Shown piece by piece: positions 1-8,888 of a stretch of DNA of 58,268 bases (the stretch's first letter is position 1; the number at the start of each line of letters is the position of its first letter). The position numbers were made by a program, and so were the translations under genes. The notes under the pieces were generated by a model, which was not told where the DNA came from, searched no databases, and worked only from the letters and a program-made list of their open reading frames with translations. The stretch is from Patescibacteria group bacterium (GTDB taxonomy: Bacteria > Patescibacteriota > WWE3 > UBA101185 > UBA10185): NCBI GenBank assembly GCA_016926555.1, contig JAFGOI010000002.1, positions 1-58,268 on the forward strand, in the 5' to 3' direction.

Positions 1-193
1 AGCAGCTGTAAGAAAGTTTTATCCTACTTAGGGCCCCCTCATAACACTCTTTTGGGCAAAGAAGTACTGGCAGGTACTTATGTGTATACTGAGCGGGGCT
101 TTAAGTAAAAAGTGCAAAATAGTTCCAAGAACGTGACCAACAATACTTCCTATCTCAGAAAAACAAGTGATATACTAATTACGTAGCAGGTAT

Positions 194-1006
194 ATGAAAA
201 AACTTTTTGAAAAGATTAAAAATATAGATAAGAGAATAAAAACAGCTTTTCTAGTACTTGTACTACTGGCCGCGGGAGGCACTGCTTTTTGGTATTTCTT
301 TTACTCTAAATATGAAACCTTACAGAACGAACTTACTTCATATAAAAACAATCCAAAGCTAAGCGCTATAAAAGATAAATACGATATCATCCGGGAAGTT
401 TCGGAAATGGTAGAGGTCCCTTCTAACGAAGAGCCGACAGTAGCGAATATTAGCAACGTCCACAGACTTCAAAACCAGAAATTCTTCGAAAACGCTCAAA
501 ACGGAGATAAGCTGGTTTTTTACAGGGATGCAAAGAGAGCAATTTTATATAGACCAAGCACAAATAAAATAATCGAGATAGCAACCGTGAACGTGCAGGA
601 AATGGATGAGACAGTAACCGAAAGCACCTCCAGTGTTAAAGGGGAATCAACCAATATATATAAAATAGATCCGAGTAACGAGGATACAACACCAACTGTA
701 AACATATCCATCTATAACGGCACAAGAACGGTATCGGGGCTTGCTAAAAAAACCGAATTATTTCTAGAGAAAAACGTCAAGGAATATAAACTCCAAGTCG
801 CAGGTATGGGAGATACAAGCAAAGTATTTGATGAATCTATTGTAGTATCACTCAATGAGGATACATACGGGGTGGCCGAAGATCTAGCTGACTACTTGGG
901 TGCTACGGTAACCGAACTCCCTGATTCAGAAGGCGACTTGGGGAAGGGTTCGGATATTGTTATTATAATAGGATACACTTATAACGAAGCTATTACTACT
1001 CAGTAA
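194..1006 (+). CDS. Membrane-anchored protein with C-terminal LytR_C-like domain
   Basis: N-terminal TM (AFLVLVLLAAGGTAFWYFFY). C-terminal ISIYNGT..SGLA...L and DIVIIIG pattern typical of LytR_C. Confidence 0.7.
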   Translation: MKKLFEKIKNIDKRIKTAFLVLVLLAAGGTAFWYFFYSKYETLQNELTSYKNNPKLSAIKDKYDIIREVSEMVEVPSNEEPTVANISNVHRLQNQKFFENAQNGDKLVFYRDAKRAILYRPSTNKIIEIATVNVQEMDETVTESTSSVKGESTNIYKIDPSNEDTTPTVNISIYNGTRTVSGLAKKTELFLEKNVKEYKLQVAGMGDTSKVFDESIVVSLNEDTYGVAEDLADYLGATVTELPDSEGDLGKGSDIVIIIGYTYNEAITTQ

Positions 1007-1075
1007 TCATAAGGTTAACTTTCATTACCTCACCTATTCTGTAGAAATTATGTAAATAGTTCATTTAATTTCGCA

Positions 1076-2518
1076 CTAGATGTACTCCAACCTACCCGAA
1101 GATAAATTAAGTCTCTTATTTACACCTACCCGCTCAACAAAAAACCTGTCATGAGATACAAGAAGTAAAGTCCCTTTGTATTCTTTTAGACTTTCCTCTA
1201 TTACTTCCTTTGTTTCAATATCTAAATGGTTCGTCGGTTCATCTAATATGAGCATGTCATAATCATTGTGCGCGAAAATCGCAAAGGCAAAGCGTGCCCG
1301 TTCACCAGGGCTGAGATTTTGCACCTTCAGCTGAATACTATCCTTATCGAATAAAAATCTCTTCAAATAACCGTATGCTTTCTGATTTGGACAGTGAGTT
1401 TCATCCGTAAAGTGTTCCAATATGTTCTTGTTAAGATCTAGGTGAGTCTGTTTCTGCGCAAAATAACCTATCTCGATTGAGTTGCCTATTTTTACTTCTC
1501 CACTGGTTGGTTTTTCTTCACCAACTATCATTTTTACTAGAGTAGTCTTCCCCACCCCATTCGGCCCAAACAGCCATATCTTCTCTCCGGCTCTGATTTC
1601 AAAGGATAAATCTTGAAAAACTACATTATCCCCAAATAACTTCTCTACGTTCTCCATACGAACCATCAGCTTTTGTGATGTAATATCCGTGTTGAACTTT
1701 ACGGAAGATATTCGCTTATTTTCGTACTTTTCTTTTTTATCTTTGACAACTTCACGTTCTATCCTTTTTTTTGTAGCTCTAACAGCTTTTCCCCTTGCTT
1801 TTCCACCTTCGATTTTTCGAACACAATGCAATAGTCTCTCTAATTTCGCTTTCCGTTTAAGAAATAGGACGTATTCCTCATCCCATTTATCAATTAACTT
1901 TAATTTTTCCGATTTGTAGTTATCATAGTTTCCCACGAAGGTCAGCATTTTGCCTCTCTCCATTTCCCAGACTTCATCAACTGTACTATTAAGAAACTCC
2001 CTATCATGCGAAATCATTACTACTGATTTCTCTAAGCTTTTCAAGTAATCCTCAAACCAAATGATTCCTTCAATATCTAAATGATTTGTAGGTTCATCTA
2101 TAAGTAAAACTGTAGGATCATCGAGCAAGATCTCCATCAACTTAAGCTTTAGCTTTTGGCCTTCGCTAAGAGTCTCTATTTTCTGATACGGGTCATAATT
2201 ACTAAACCGAAGATCATTTACTAAAATATCAATAATATAAGAATCCCATTCATTCTCTAGTTTAGGCTCAAGACACTCCCCTACTAGTTCAGCATCGAAC
2301 TTAATTTCTTGTGGAATATAACCTATTGTTTCTTCGGTAATTTCAATATTTCCTGAAGTTAAATCTTCTTCTCCAACTATTAATTTAAACAGTGTGGATT
2401 TTCCGCAACCGTTTCGACCAACAAGTGCAACTTTCCTATTATTTCCTATTTTAAAGTTTAGGTCTGTAAAAAGGGGTTCTCCTACATATGTTTTTGATAC
2501 GTTTTTTCCTATGATCAC
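1076..2518 (-). CDS. ABC-F family ATPase (two nucleotide-binding domains, no TM)
   Basis: Two Walker A motifs (GRNGCGKST, GPNGVGKTT), LSEGQ/LSPGE signatures, two DEPTNHLD motifs and an interdomain linker. Confidence 0.92.
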   Translation of the reverse strand: MIIGKNVSKTYVGEPLFTDLNFKIGNNRKVALVGRNGCGKSTLFKLIVGEEDLTSGNIEITEETIGYIPQEIKFDAELVGECLEPKLENEWDSYIIDILVNDLRFSNYDPYQKIETLSEGQKLKLKLMEILLDDPTVLLIDEPTNHLDIEGIIWFEDYLKSLEKSVVMISHDREFLNSTVDEVWEMERGKMLTFVGNYDNYKSEKLKLIDKWDEEYVLFLKRKAKLERLLHCVRKIEGGKARGKAVRATKKRIEREVVKDKKEKYENKRISSVKFNTDITSQKLMVRMENVEKLFGDNVVFQDLSFEIRAGEKIWLFGPNGVGKTTLVKMIVGEEKPTSGEVKIGNSIEIGYFAQKQTHLDLNKNILEHFTDETHCPNQKAYGYLKRFLFDKDSIQLKVQNLSPGERARFAFAIFAHNDYDMLILDEPTNHLDIETKEVIEESLKEYKGTLLLVSHDRFFVERVGVNKRLNLSSGRLEYI

Positions 2519-2567
2519 TGTACGATTGTAGCACTGGTGATAAGATTTTCACCAGAATTCTGACTAT

Positions 2568-2621
2568 AAAAAAACAAAAGGCGTCCAATCGCTGCGATGT
2601 ATATGCAGTTCATGAACGCCT
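2568..2621 (-). terminator. Long hairpin plus U-tract, probable intrinsic terminator of the GC-rich gene upstream
   Basis: Minus strand AGGCGTTCA...TGGACGCCT with an inner CTGC/GCAG stem, followed by TTTTGTTTTTTT. Confidence 0.65.
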
Positions 2622-2676
2622 CTTGGGCAGTTAGTTCTTTGCCTTATCTCACGGGCCTCAGGTCCATGTGGTTTAG

Positions 2677-3534
2677 CTAATCACAATACCCTGTCGAAAG
2701 CTCCCCCGTTTCGATGTTGCCGCAGTAGAACTCGGTAATCATATAAACGTAGTCGGCAACCTCAAAAGACACAAAGGCCGGGTCGTGTATCAGGATGTCG
2801 AGAGCCTGTCCCGGTTGAATTGGAATGTTGAAGGGCGTACCCTCAGCCGTCACTCTCAACTGGCCGTTGTAAACCGGAGCTGTCCATACCGGAACAGTAT
2901 CAGTGTATGTAGATGGTTCAAGTAGTGCTCCGCTGATTGTTATAGAGGAGGGGATGTACCCCTGCACACTCATCACCCTCACGGTCCCGTCCATCACCAG
3001 CTCGAACGTATCGAAGAGCCTCTCCCTGGTTACTTGGATCATCCAATCAATGTAGCGTTCGTCATACTCACTGAGGTTTGTGTTATCCCTTAAGAACCTA
3101 CCGTTGATCGCGACCAAATCAGCTTCTAGATCGTTGCCCCGGCTGTCCTGAGAAAAGAGACTCTCCTCGTGACGGCCAAGTTGTGCTTTAACACCTTCCC
3201 ACTGAACGGTACCTTCCATAGCGGCGCCAAAGTCGGTGACGTCTTTTGGCAGCCACCCGGTGCGAACGTCGATTTGACGAATGTACTCGTTGATGGACAC
3301 ACTGTCTAATTCGTCGCACCGCTCAGCAACACTTGCCTCGACTTGCGCAACAATCCGTCCCTCAACGATACCCATGATCCGCTCTTGTGCTGTTTCCAAG
3401 TCCTGAACTTGTTTTTTCAAGTGGGAGTTCTGACGAGCCAGCAAACCCGTGAGAACAACGGTCACTACAAGCAGGAATACAAACGCCACGGTGAGCTCTT
3501 TACGAAGCCCACTCTTCCTAATACTGCGAAACAT
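2677..3534 (-). CDS. Hypothetical membrane-anchored protein (TM + coiled coil + extracellular domain), GC-rich orphan
   Basis: ORF track 2677..3552. Start moved to ATG 3534, which follows AAGGAGG at 6 nt. TM VAFVFLLVVTVVLTGLLA. Confidence 0.7.
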   Translation of the reverse strand: MFRSIRKSGLRKELTVAFVFLLVVTVVLTGLLARQNSHLKKQVQDLETAQERIMGIVEGRIVAQVEASVAERCDELDSVSINEYIRQIDVRTGWLPKDVTDFGAAMEGTVQWEGVKAQLGRHEESLFSQDSRGNDLEADLVAINGRFLRDNTNLSEYDERYIDWMIQVTRERLFDTFELVMDGTVRVMSVQGYIPSSITISGALLEPSTYTDTVPVWTAPVYNGQLRVTAEGTPFNIPIQPGQALDILIHDPAFVSFEVADYVYMITEFYCGNIETGELSTGYCD

Positions 3535-3566
3535 CTTTTGCCTCCTTAGCAAAGACTGGTGTCCTA

Positions 3567-3620
3567 CAACACACGTTGTGCCCCTCTTGGGATCTGTGTC
3601 TTGCCGACTCAGACTGTGGA
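3567..3620 (-). promoter_or_regulatory. Conserved structured leader motif, copy B
   Basis: TCCACAGTCT..GTCGGC.AGA..AGATCC...GGC.CA.ACG.TGTGTTG, shared with 5226-5292. Confidence 0.5.
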
Positions 3621-3691
3621 CAAATAACCATCTAGTTACTAAATGGCTAATTGTCCTATACCTGAGAAACTAAAGCTCATAAATACGTATA

Positions 3692-3774
3692 TGGGCTGGT
3701 TTGGGGTTGTAAAAAGATACTTCGTAGGTAGCGGCCTACTTGATCTATGTTTACAACTGTTCCAAACCAGCCCA
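3692..3774. repeat. 83-nt imperfect inverted repeat just downstream of the 470-aa gene
   Basis: TGGGCTGGTTTGG/CCAAACCAGCCCA is a 13-bp perfect arm. Inner pairs GTTGTAAA/TTTACAAC, AGAT/ATCT and GTAGG/CCTAC. Confidence 0.85.
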
Positions 3775-3788
3775 ATGGCTACACGTGT

Positions 3789-5186
3789 CTATCGTCCCAA
3801 AGATATCTCCTCAATCTGCCCCTGTCGGTGAACAACACCGTCCTCCGTCTGGTAGGGTTCGCCTGCAGAGTCGATAACCCAATAAATGGCGTTCTCGTAC
3901 CCGTCACAATTGGGCGATACCGTAACCACCGCGGGACCTCCGTATGTGTGTTCGCCAAGAGGGCGGTACCATGTCAGTTCACCAGTCTCGGAAACCGTAA
4001 TATATACAAAATCCCCGGGATCCGATTCCTGAGCTTCCTCATCCCAGGAGTAACCCTGGAAGAGTGAGATGAGATCTCCAAAACCGATGACAGCCCCGAT
4101 CTCTGATCGGACGCTGTTGGTAACACCAACGGTTACGATCAGAAGCTTATCCGAGGGCCAACCGTTAGGCCAAACCTGGCAGATCGTAGAGTCCCAATGA
4201 ACCTGGAAAGCAGCCTGCGAGCCGTAGTCGTCGGACCATCGAAACTCGTGCTGGTCATTCCCGGTGGAGACGTTGACCCAATCGGGCTGGTCGATCTGGA
4301 CCATACCGTTGTCCCCGCAGAAGTTCGGAATAGCAGATGACGATGTGGGAATGTGATAGTCGAGCATGATATCGCGGGTTTCGTCATCCCAGGTATCCAG
4401 TATCAGCGTGGGGCCGCTCCATTCGCCCGCAGCGTAAGTGAGAGTGTCCTTGAAACATTGCCGACCGATATCGGGCACCCCGCCGGACCACTGGATCTGC
4501 CCCAGGAATCGGCCATCCACACGATCAAACACAGCGTAGTGACCGTCCTCAGAAAGCGTGTTCGTGTTCATCAGGGCGTGGGGCAGGAGGGCTCTGTAAA
4601 CCTCCTCCGTAAGGTAGCCCCCACGGGGGATCTCAATATTCCCGATGCGCTCAAGGTAGCCAAGACAGGGTCCGTTGGTACTCATATACCTGCCTCCGAT
4701 GTAAGCACTAAAGTGCTTGCCTCCTGCGTAAGACCAGGAACACACATCGCCAACGTTCCGGATGATAGTGGAAACTTCTTCTCTTGCGATGTCATAGTCC
4801 TCACCGACACCGCTTTCCACCATCTGAACGTCGACTTTGTACGAACCCTCCCCCACCGTAGAGGCTACTACTGTGACCTCGACGGCGTACAAGTAACTGT
4901 ACTCCGGCAAAGGAGTCGGAGAAGGTGTGGCCGTTGCCCAAATCGAAGGAATGGGCGTCGCCGCAAACGCAACTGCAGCTGTCGGAACCGCTGTAAACGT
5001 AGCATAAGGTTCTGATGTAGACACCACTGCTGCCGTCACCGTAGCTGTGGGACTGGGCATCGTAATATCCGGCTCCCGCAACGCGGCAATCATCAAATAG
5101 ATCCCCTGCACCAAAGCGGCCACTGACAATGCGAGACACAGCAAAATTGAAATGCGAACATGCGGATTCTGAATCTTCCAAAACAT
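3789..5186 (-). CDS. Hypothetical membrane-anchored protein with Pro/Thr/Ala linker, GC-rich orphan
   Basis: ORF track 3789..5201. Start moved to ATG 5186 after GGAGG. TM ISILLCLALSVAALVQGIYLMIAAL, then linker PTATVTA...ATPSPTP. Confidence 0.75.
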   Translation of the reverse strand: MFWKIQNPHVRISILLCLALSVAALVQGIYLMIAALREPDITMPSPTATVTAAVVSTSEPYATFTAVPTAAVAFAATPIPSIWATATPSPTPLPEYSYLYAVEVTVVASTVGEGSYKVDVQMVESGVGEDYDIAREEVSTIIRNVGDVCSWSYAGGKHFSAYIGGRYMSTNGPCLGYLERIGNIEIPRGGYLTEEVYRALLPHALMNTNTLSEDGHYAVFDRVDGRFLGQIQWSGGVPDIGRQCFKDTLTYAAGEWSGPTLILDTWDDETRDIMLDYHIPTSSSAIPNFCGDNGMVQIDQPDWVNVSTGNDQHEFRWSDDYGSQAAFQVHWDSTICQVWPNGWPSDKLLIVTVGVTNSVRSEIGAVIGFGDLISLFQGYSWDEEAQESDPGDFVYITVSETGELTWYRPLGEHTYGGPAVVTVSPNCDGYENAIYWVIDSAGEPYQTEDGVVHRQGQIEEISLGR

Positions 5187-5225
5187 TTGATTTTCCTCCA
5201 CTTTCTATGTGATATAGGTTTTATC

Positions 5226-5292
5226 CAACACAGCCCGTGATGAGCCGCCTGGTGCGCAGGATCTCTCTCGCCGCCACGACAGAGACTGTGGA
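5226..5292 (-). promoter_or_regulatory. Conserved structured leader motif, copy A
   Basis: CACAG/CTGTG closing stem with internal TCTC..GAGA and CCTG/CAGG hairpins. Sequence blocks shared with 3567-3620. Confidence 0.5.
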
Positions 5293-5540
5293 AAAAACTC
5301 ACTCAACGTTTATAGATTTGAATGAATTTTGCCCACAGCCTCCCATGACGACTTATATGACATTTATAGACACATAAACTTTCAAAGTTCTTGAAAACAT
5401 AAAGCTGGAACTTATTCCAACTTTCTGTTAGCATTTTAGTACTATAGGGTGTTTACGGCTTGAGTAATCCTGAGTGTTTCTGAGTCGCGATTCTTCTGAA
5501 TATAAATTGTATTAATCTTACATATTGGTAAAATTACTAT

Positions 5541-7445
5541 ATGGGCACATATGGCGAAGGACAAAATAAACCGGAACTTCAACACCAAGATAGGCTTGAG
5601 TTTATTAGAGGGGAAGTATCCGAAAATCATGTTCTTGTACGGATGGATTATGAAACTCTAAAAGACAGAGCAAGGATAGAATGGGATGTTTTAGAACCTC
5701 TACTTGGAGGAGAATTTAAAGACGAATTGCTGGAAAAAGCACTTAGAAATCCGGGAGACTCAGTAACTTTAAAGGGGAGTACTGTACTTAACCTAATATA
5801 TGGACAGTATGTCTACAATACACAAACCGGTTACGCAGCAGAATCCTATAGGTCCGATATAGATGTGATGGTATCAGATCCAGAAGTGCTAGAAAGATTG
5901 ATCGAAAGCGGATTTGCCGTTGAAAATACGTATGCTGCAACCAAAGCAAAAGTCGGAGAAACACAAGTTGATATTATTTCAACAGAAACTATGAAAAATA
6001 TGGACATTGAAGCAATGAATGACATTGAAGCCTGGGCAGATACTCTTGAGGATCCCGAATTACAGGCTTATTTAAAGCATAACGCCAATTATTTTAAACA
6101 AGCTCTTCAGGGAGCCACGGAAAGGCAATTACTATCCTTACACAGTCTTTTTGGATATGAAGCTATTGGGATTAAAATTGAAAGGGATGAAAACGGGGAA
6201 CTACAAGCAAGTCTAGAGGATCCCACATGGATAGTTACTGATGATGTACTAGTAAAACAACAAATTAAGTTAAATAGAGCCAATGGTTTAGCGGGAGGTT
6301 TTCAAGTCACAATATACAATGAACCAAGTGTGAGATCATTTATGCTAGAAGCTTTTAGACACATGGAAACACCTTCAACTGGGGCAGATGATGGTGAAAA
6401 CAAGACTAATAGCACATTTCACTCCTCGACAAAGGTTCCCTTGTATACATTAGATGGGTATAGCAGAATGCTCAGAACCGCCTGCGAATTAAATGTTGGA
6501 GTTTATTGGAATCCCCTCGATCCCATATGTTTTTACAACCCAGATAGTTATAGAATGTACAGTACCCTATACAAAGTTGCTCAAAAAATTGATCAAGAAG
6601 GAATTATGTTTGAAGTTGACGATAAGGTTTTACAAAAAGATAGCGGAGAAACCCGAACTGCAGAAGAATGGTACAAAGAAAAAATGCAGACAGCGTTCGC
6701 AAGATCCTGCGTTGCCGATCCTATGCAGGCATTTAACAGAACTTTTGCATGTTTACCATTAGGTCGAACTATTGCAGAACCTGTTGCGGATACGTTTGAT
6801 AAGTATCATGAAACAGTTACTCCAAACACATTGCTCCCTGATCTAATTGATATATACGGTGTCGACACATTGTTAGGTAAATCAGATCGGAACGCTCCCG
6901 AGGGCCTTAAACAAGCAGCGTACGCGTTAGTGGGAAATAAAGAAGCTCTAGAAGCCAAACCCATGAGAACCATAGACAGATTAAATATACTATATTTGAG
7001 ATACTATGGAGAGGACTTGTTACTAACCTCAAGATTAGATCAGGTCCAAAGGAATGAAACAGATGAGAACTTGGATGACGATGAATATTTCGAAAAAGCA
7101 ATGCTGGAAAATGCAGGCTCCCACGGAAAAGATACTATTGCTGCTTTAAGAAATGATTGGATCAAGCAACACGGACTACCGGAAGGCGTTTTCGGTACTG
7201 TTACTATGAAGCATTATCCAGAAGGAATGTCTGAAATAATGGCAATGATTTTTGTAGCTAATGAAATGGACCCGGACGAGGGACGTGAGAAGATAAAACA
7301 AGTGGTAGATAACTGGATTCCCAGCGGAATACTTAAAGGAGAATGGAAAAAAGATGTATACGAATTTGAAATGGGTCTGGATGAAGAAAAAATCGTTAAA
7401 AGAATGAAAGAAATAAAAGCTGATATAGGGGCTAAACCTCTTTAA
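5541..7445 (+). CDS. Hypothetical protein, possibly a highly diverged class II (CCA/poly(A) polymerase-like) nucleotidyltransferase
   Basis: LKGSTV...SDIDVMV, VDIIST, LEDP and SRMLRTACEL occur in the order of class II NTase motifs. Confidence 0.5.
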   Translation: MGTYGEGQNKPELQHQDRLEFIRGEVSENHVLVRMDYETLKDRARIEWDVLEPLLGGEFKDELLEKALRNPGDSVTLKGSTVLNLIYGQYVYNTQTGYAAESYRSDIDVMVSDPEVLERLIESGFAVENTYAATKAKVGETQVDIISTETMKNMDIEAMNDIEAWADTLEDPELQAYLKHNANYFKQALQGATERQLLSLHSLFGYEAIGIKIERDENGELQASLEDPTWIVTDDVLVKQQIKLNRANGLAGGFQVTIYNEPSVRSFMLEAFRHMETPSTGADDGENKTNSTFHSSTKVPLYTLDGYSRMLRTACELNVGVYWNPLDPICFYNPDSYRMYSTLYKVAQKIDQEGIMFEVDDKVLQKDSGETRTAEEWYKEKMQTAFARSCVADPMQAFNRTFACLPLGRTIAEPVADTFDKYHETVTPNTLLPDLIDIYGVDTLLGKSDRNAPEGLKQAAYALVGNKEALEAKPMRTIDRLNILYLRYYGEDLLLTSRLDQVQRNETDENLDDDEYFEKAMLENAGSHGKDTIAALRNDWIKQHGLPEGVFGTVTMKHYPEGMSEIMAMIFVANEMDPDEGREKIKQVVDNWIPSGILKGEWKKDVYEFEMGLDEEKIVKRMKEIKADIGAKPL

Positions 7446-7486
7446 TAATCTACATTATTTATACGGTATGGAAACTAAATCTTTTA

Positions 7487-8824
7487 CTAAACCAACATAA
7501 TCCCCTTCCCCTTTACCGTCTTCATCTCTTTTTCTGCATCAACATTTTTCAGCTTACCTCTCATATCTGATAGTAACCTGTCTATCGCCCAGTCGCTATA
7601 TCTATCTTCCCACTCATTACCCCACATACACTGAGCAACTTCGTCCCTCGCTACCAATTCCCCTCCTCTATTTACTAATAAACTATAAACTTGGAGCTCT
7701 TTTGCACTTAACGTTTTTCTTATTTTTTGAGGAACGTCAGCAAAACTATATTTTATGAGACCTCCGACACTTATCAAAGTGTTCTTATTATCCAAAACAT
7801 ACTGTTCGAACAACGGATTTAGCAGTTTTGGTTCACCCCCACTTTCATCTAAACATACTAAACCGGTAAATAAAAGATAATCAGATGGATAATTATCTTT
7901 TTTATCCCCCAGCGTCCCTAAATATTCAAGCGAGTCCTTTGACAGTGAATTTATAATCTTTTTGAACCTATGATCCAGCCACTCCTTTCCTACTATGTCA
8001 TATGTTTCCTTCACACTTTTCGCCTTTATTATTTTCTCTTGGATTTCCTCATTATCGGTCACAGCTGCTGCTAATTGTTTTAAAGTAGAAGGATCTCCAT
8101 ACGACAATTCGGAACACCTTGATATATATTTTCTATCATACTTCAACTTACGCAACCCTGAATGATACTTAAACAACACCTCGGCTGAATCCTTTCCAAA
8201 CAATAATTCCTTCCCGTTAACAATATTTTCTATGAAAATCTGTGATAATCCTCCTAAGTGATCTTTCGTATCTTCTGTAACCTCACAATCACAAATAAAA
8301 ATGAAAGAAAAATTCATGGGCGCTACTTTTTTCATTGAATCAAGTGAAGACACTAGCGCCCCACTATTCACCGAATTGCCGCATGCAAGTCTAAAATTAT
8401 CAATTATAAATGTAAGCTTAAAACCTTTGTCGTAGGTAATATAATAAAGAAACTCATTTAATAAATCCTGGGATATTGTTTCGTGAGCCAAAACAGAGTT
8501 TAGTTTATCTTGAGATTCAGTATCTAATATGCTTTTGTAGTGGTTGTTTATAAACGAAAGGCTTTCTCTTAGCCCTTCCGCTATATCATCATCATATTTT
8601 TCGAGATCAACCAACACAAAAATTCTGTCACTTGTGTCCTCCCCTAATATCTTGGGGTTTCTTATTAAATACATCAGATTCGATATATCACCGGATCCTC
8701 TAAAAGAAATAATTGTCACATTAAGATTCTTTAATGCTCTTTTTAACACCAAATTAAAATATTTTTCTATTAATTCTTCAGAAGCCGGAGGATCAATAAG
8801 TTTTGAATAATTCGAAATTCCCAT
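7487..8824 (-). CDS. Putative regulator: degenerate P-loop-like N-terminus plus C-terminal OmpR-type winged helix
   Basis: C-terminal LSAKELQVYSLL...VARDEVAQCMWG...SDWAIDRLLSDMRGKL...TVKGKGIML. Confidence 0.7.
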   Translation of the reverse strand: MGISNYSKLIDPPASEELIEKYFNLVLKRALKNLNVTIISFRGSGDISNLMYLIRNPKILGEDTSDRIFVLVDLEKYDDDIAEGLRESLSFINNHYKSILDTESQDKLNSVLAHETISQDLLNEFLYYITYDKGFKLTFIIDNFRLACGNSVNSGALVSSLDSMKKVAPMNFSFIFICDCEVTEDTKDHLGGLSQIFIENIVNGKELLFGKDSAEVLFKYHSGLRKLKYDRKYISRCSELSYGDPSTLKQLAAAVTDNEEIQEKIIKAKSVKETYDIVGKEWLDHRFKKIINSLSKDSLEYLGTLGDKKDNYPSDYLLFTGLVCLDESGGEPKLLNPLFEQYVLDNKNTLISVGGLIKYSFADVPQKIRKTLSAKELQVYSLLVNRGGELVARDEVAQCMWGNEWEDRYSDWAIDRLLSDMRGKLKNVDAEKEMKTVKGKGIMLV

Positions 8825-8888
8825 ATACTAATTTTACACAATTGTCCCACTCTTCAAAATTAGCTTCTTCTAAGTTATTATTAATACA

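Noticed and set aside
2568-5300. Integron cassette array (orphan genes each followed by a long imperfect hairpin)
   Set aside because: No RYYYAAC/GTTRRRY attC cores bound the hairpins, the hairpins are unrelated to each other, and there is no integrase in the window.
3343-5302. Overlapping alternative ORFs (e.g. 4353..5015 +, 4801..5181 -, 3747..4067 +)
   Set aside because: Shadow ORFs expected in GC-rich coding DNA. The 470-aa and 291-aa frames have the SD sites and TM anchors.
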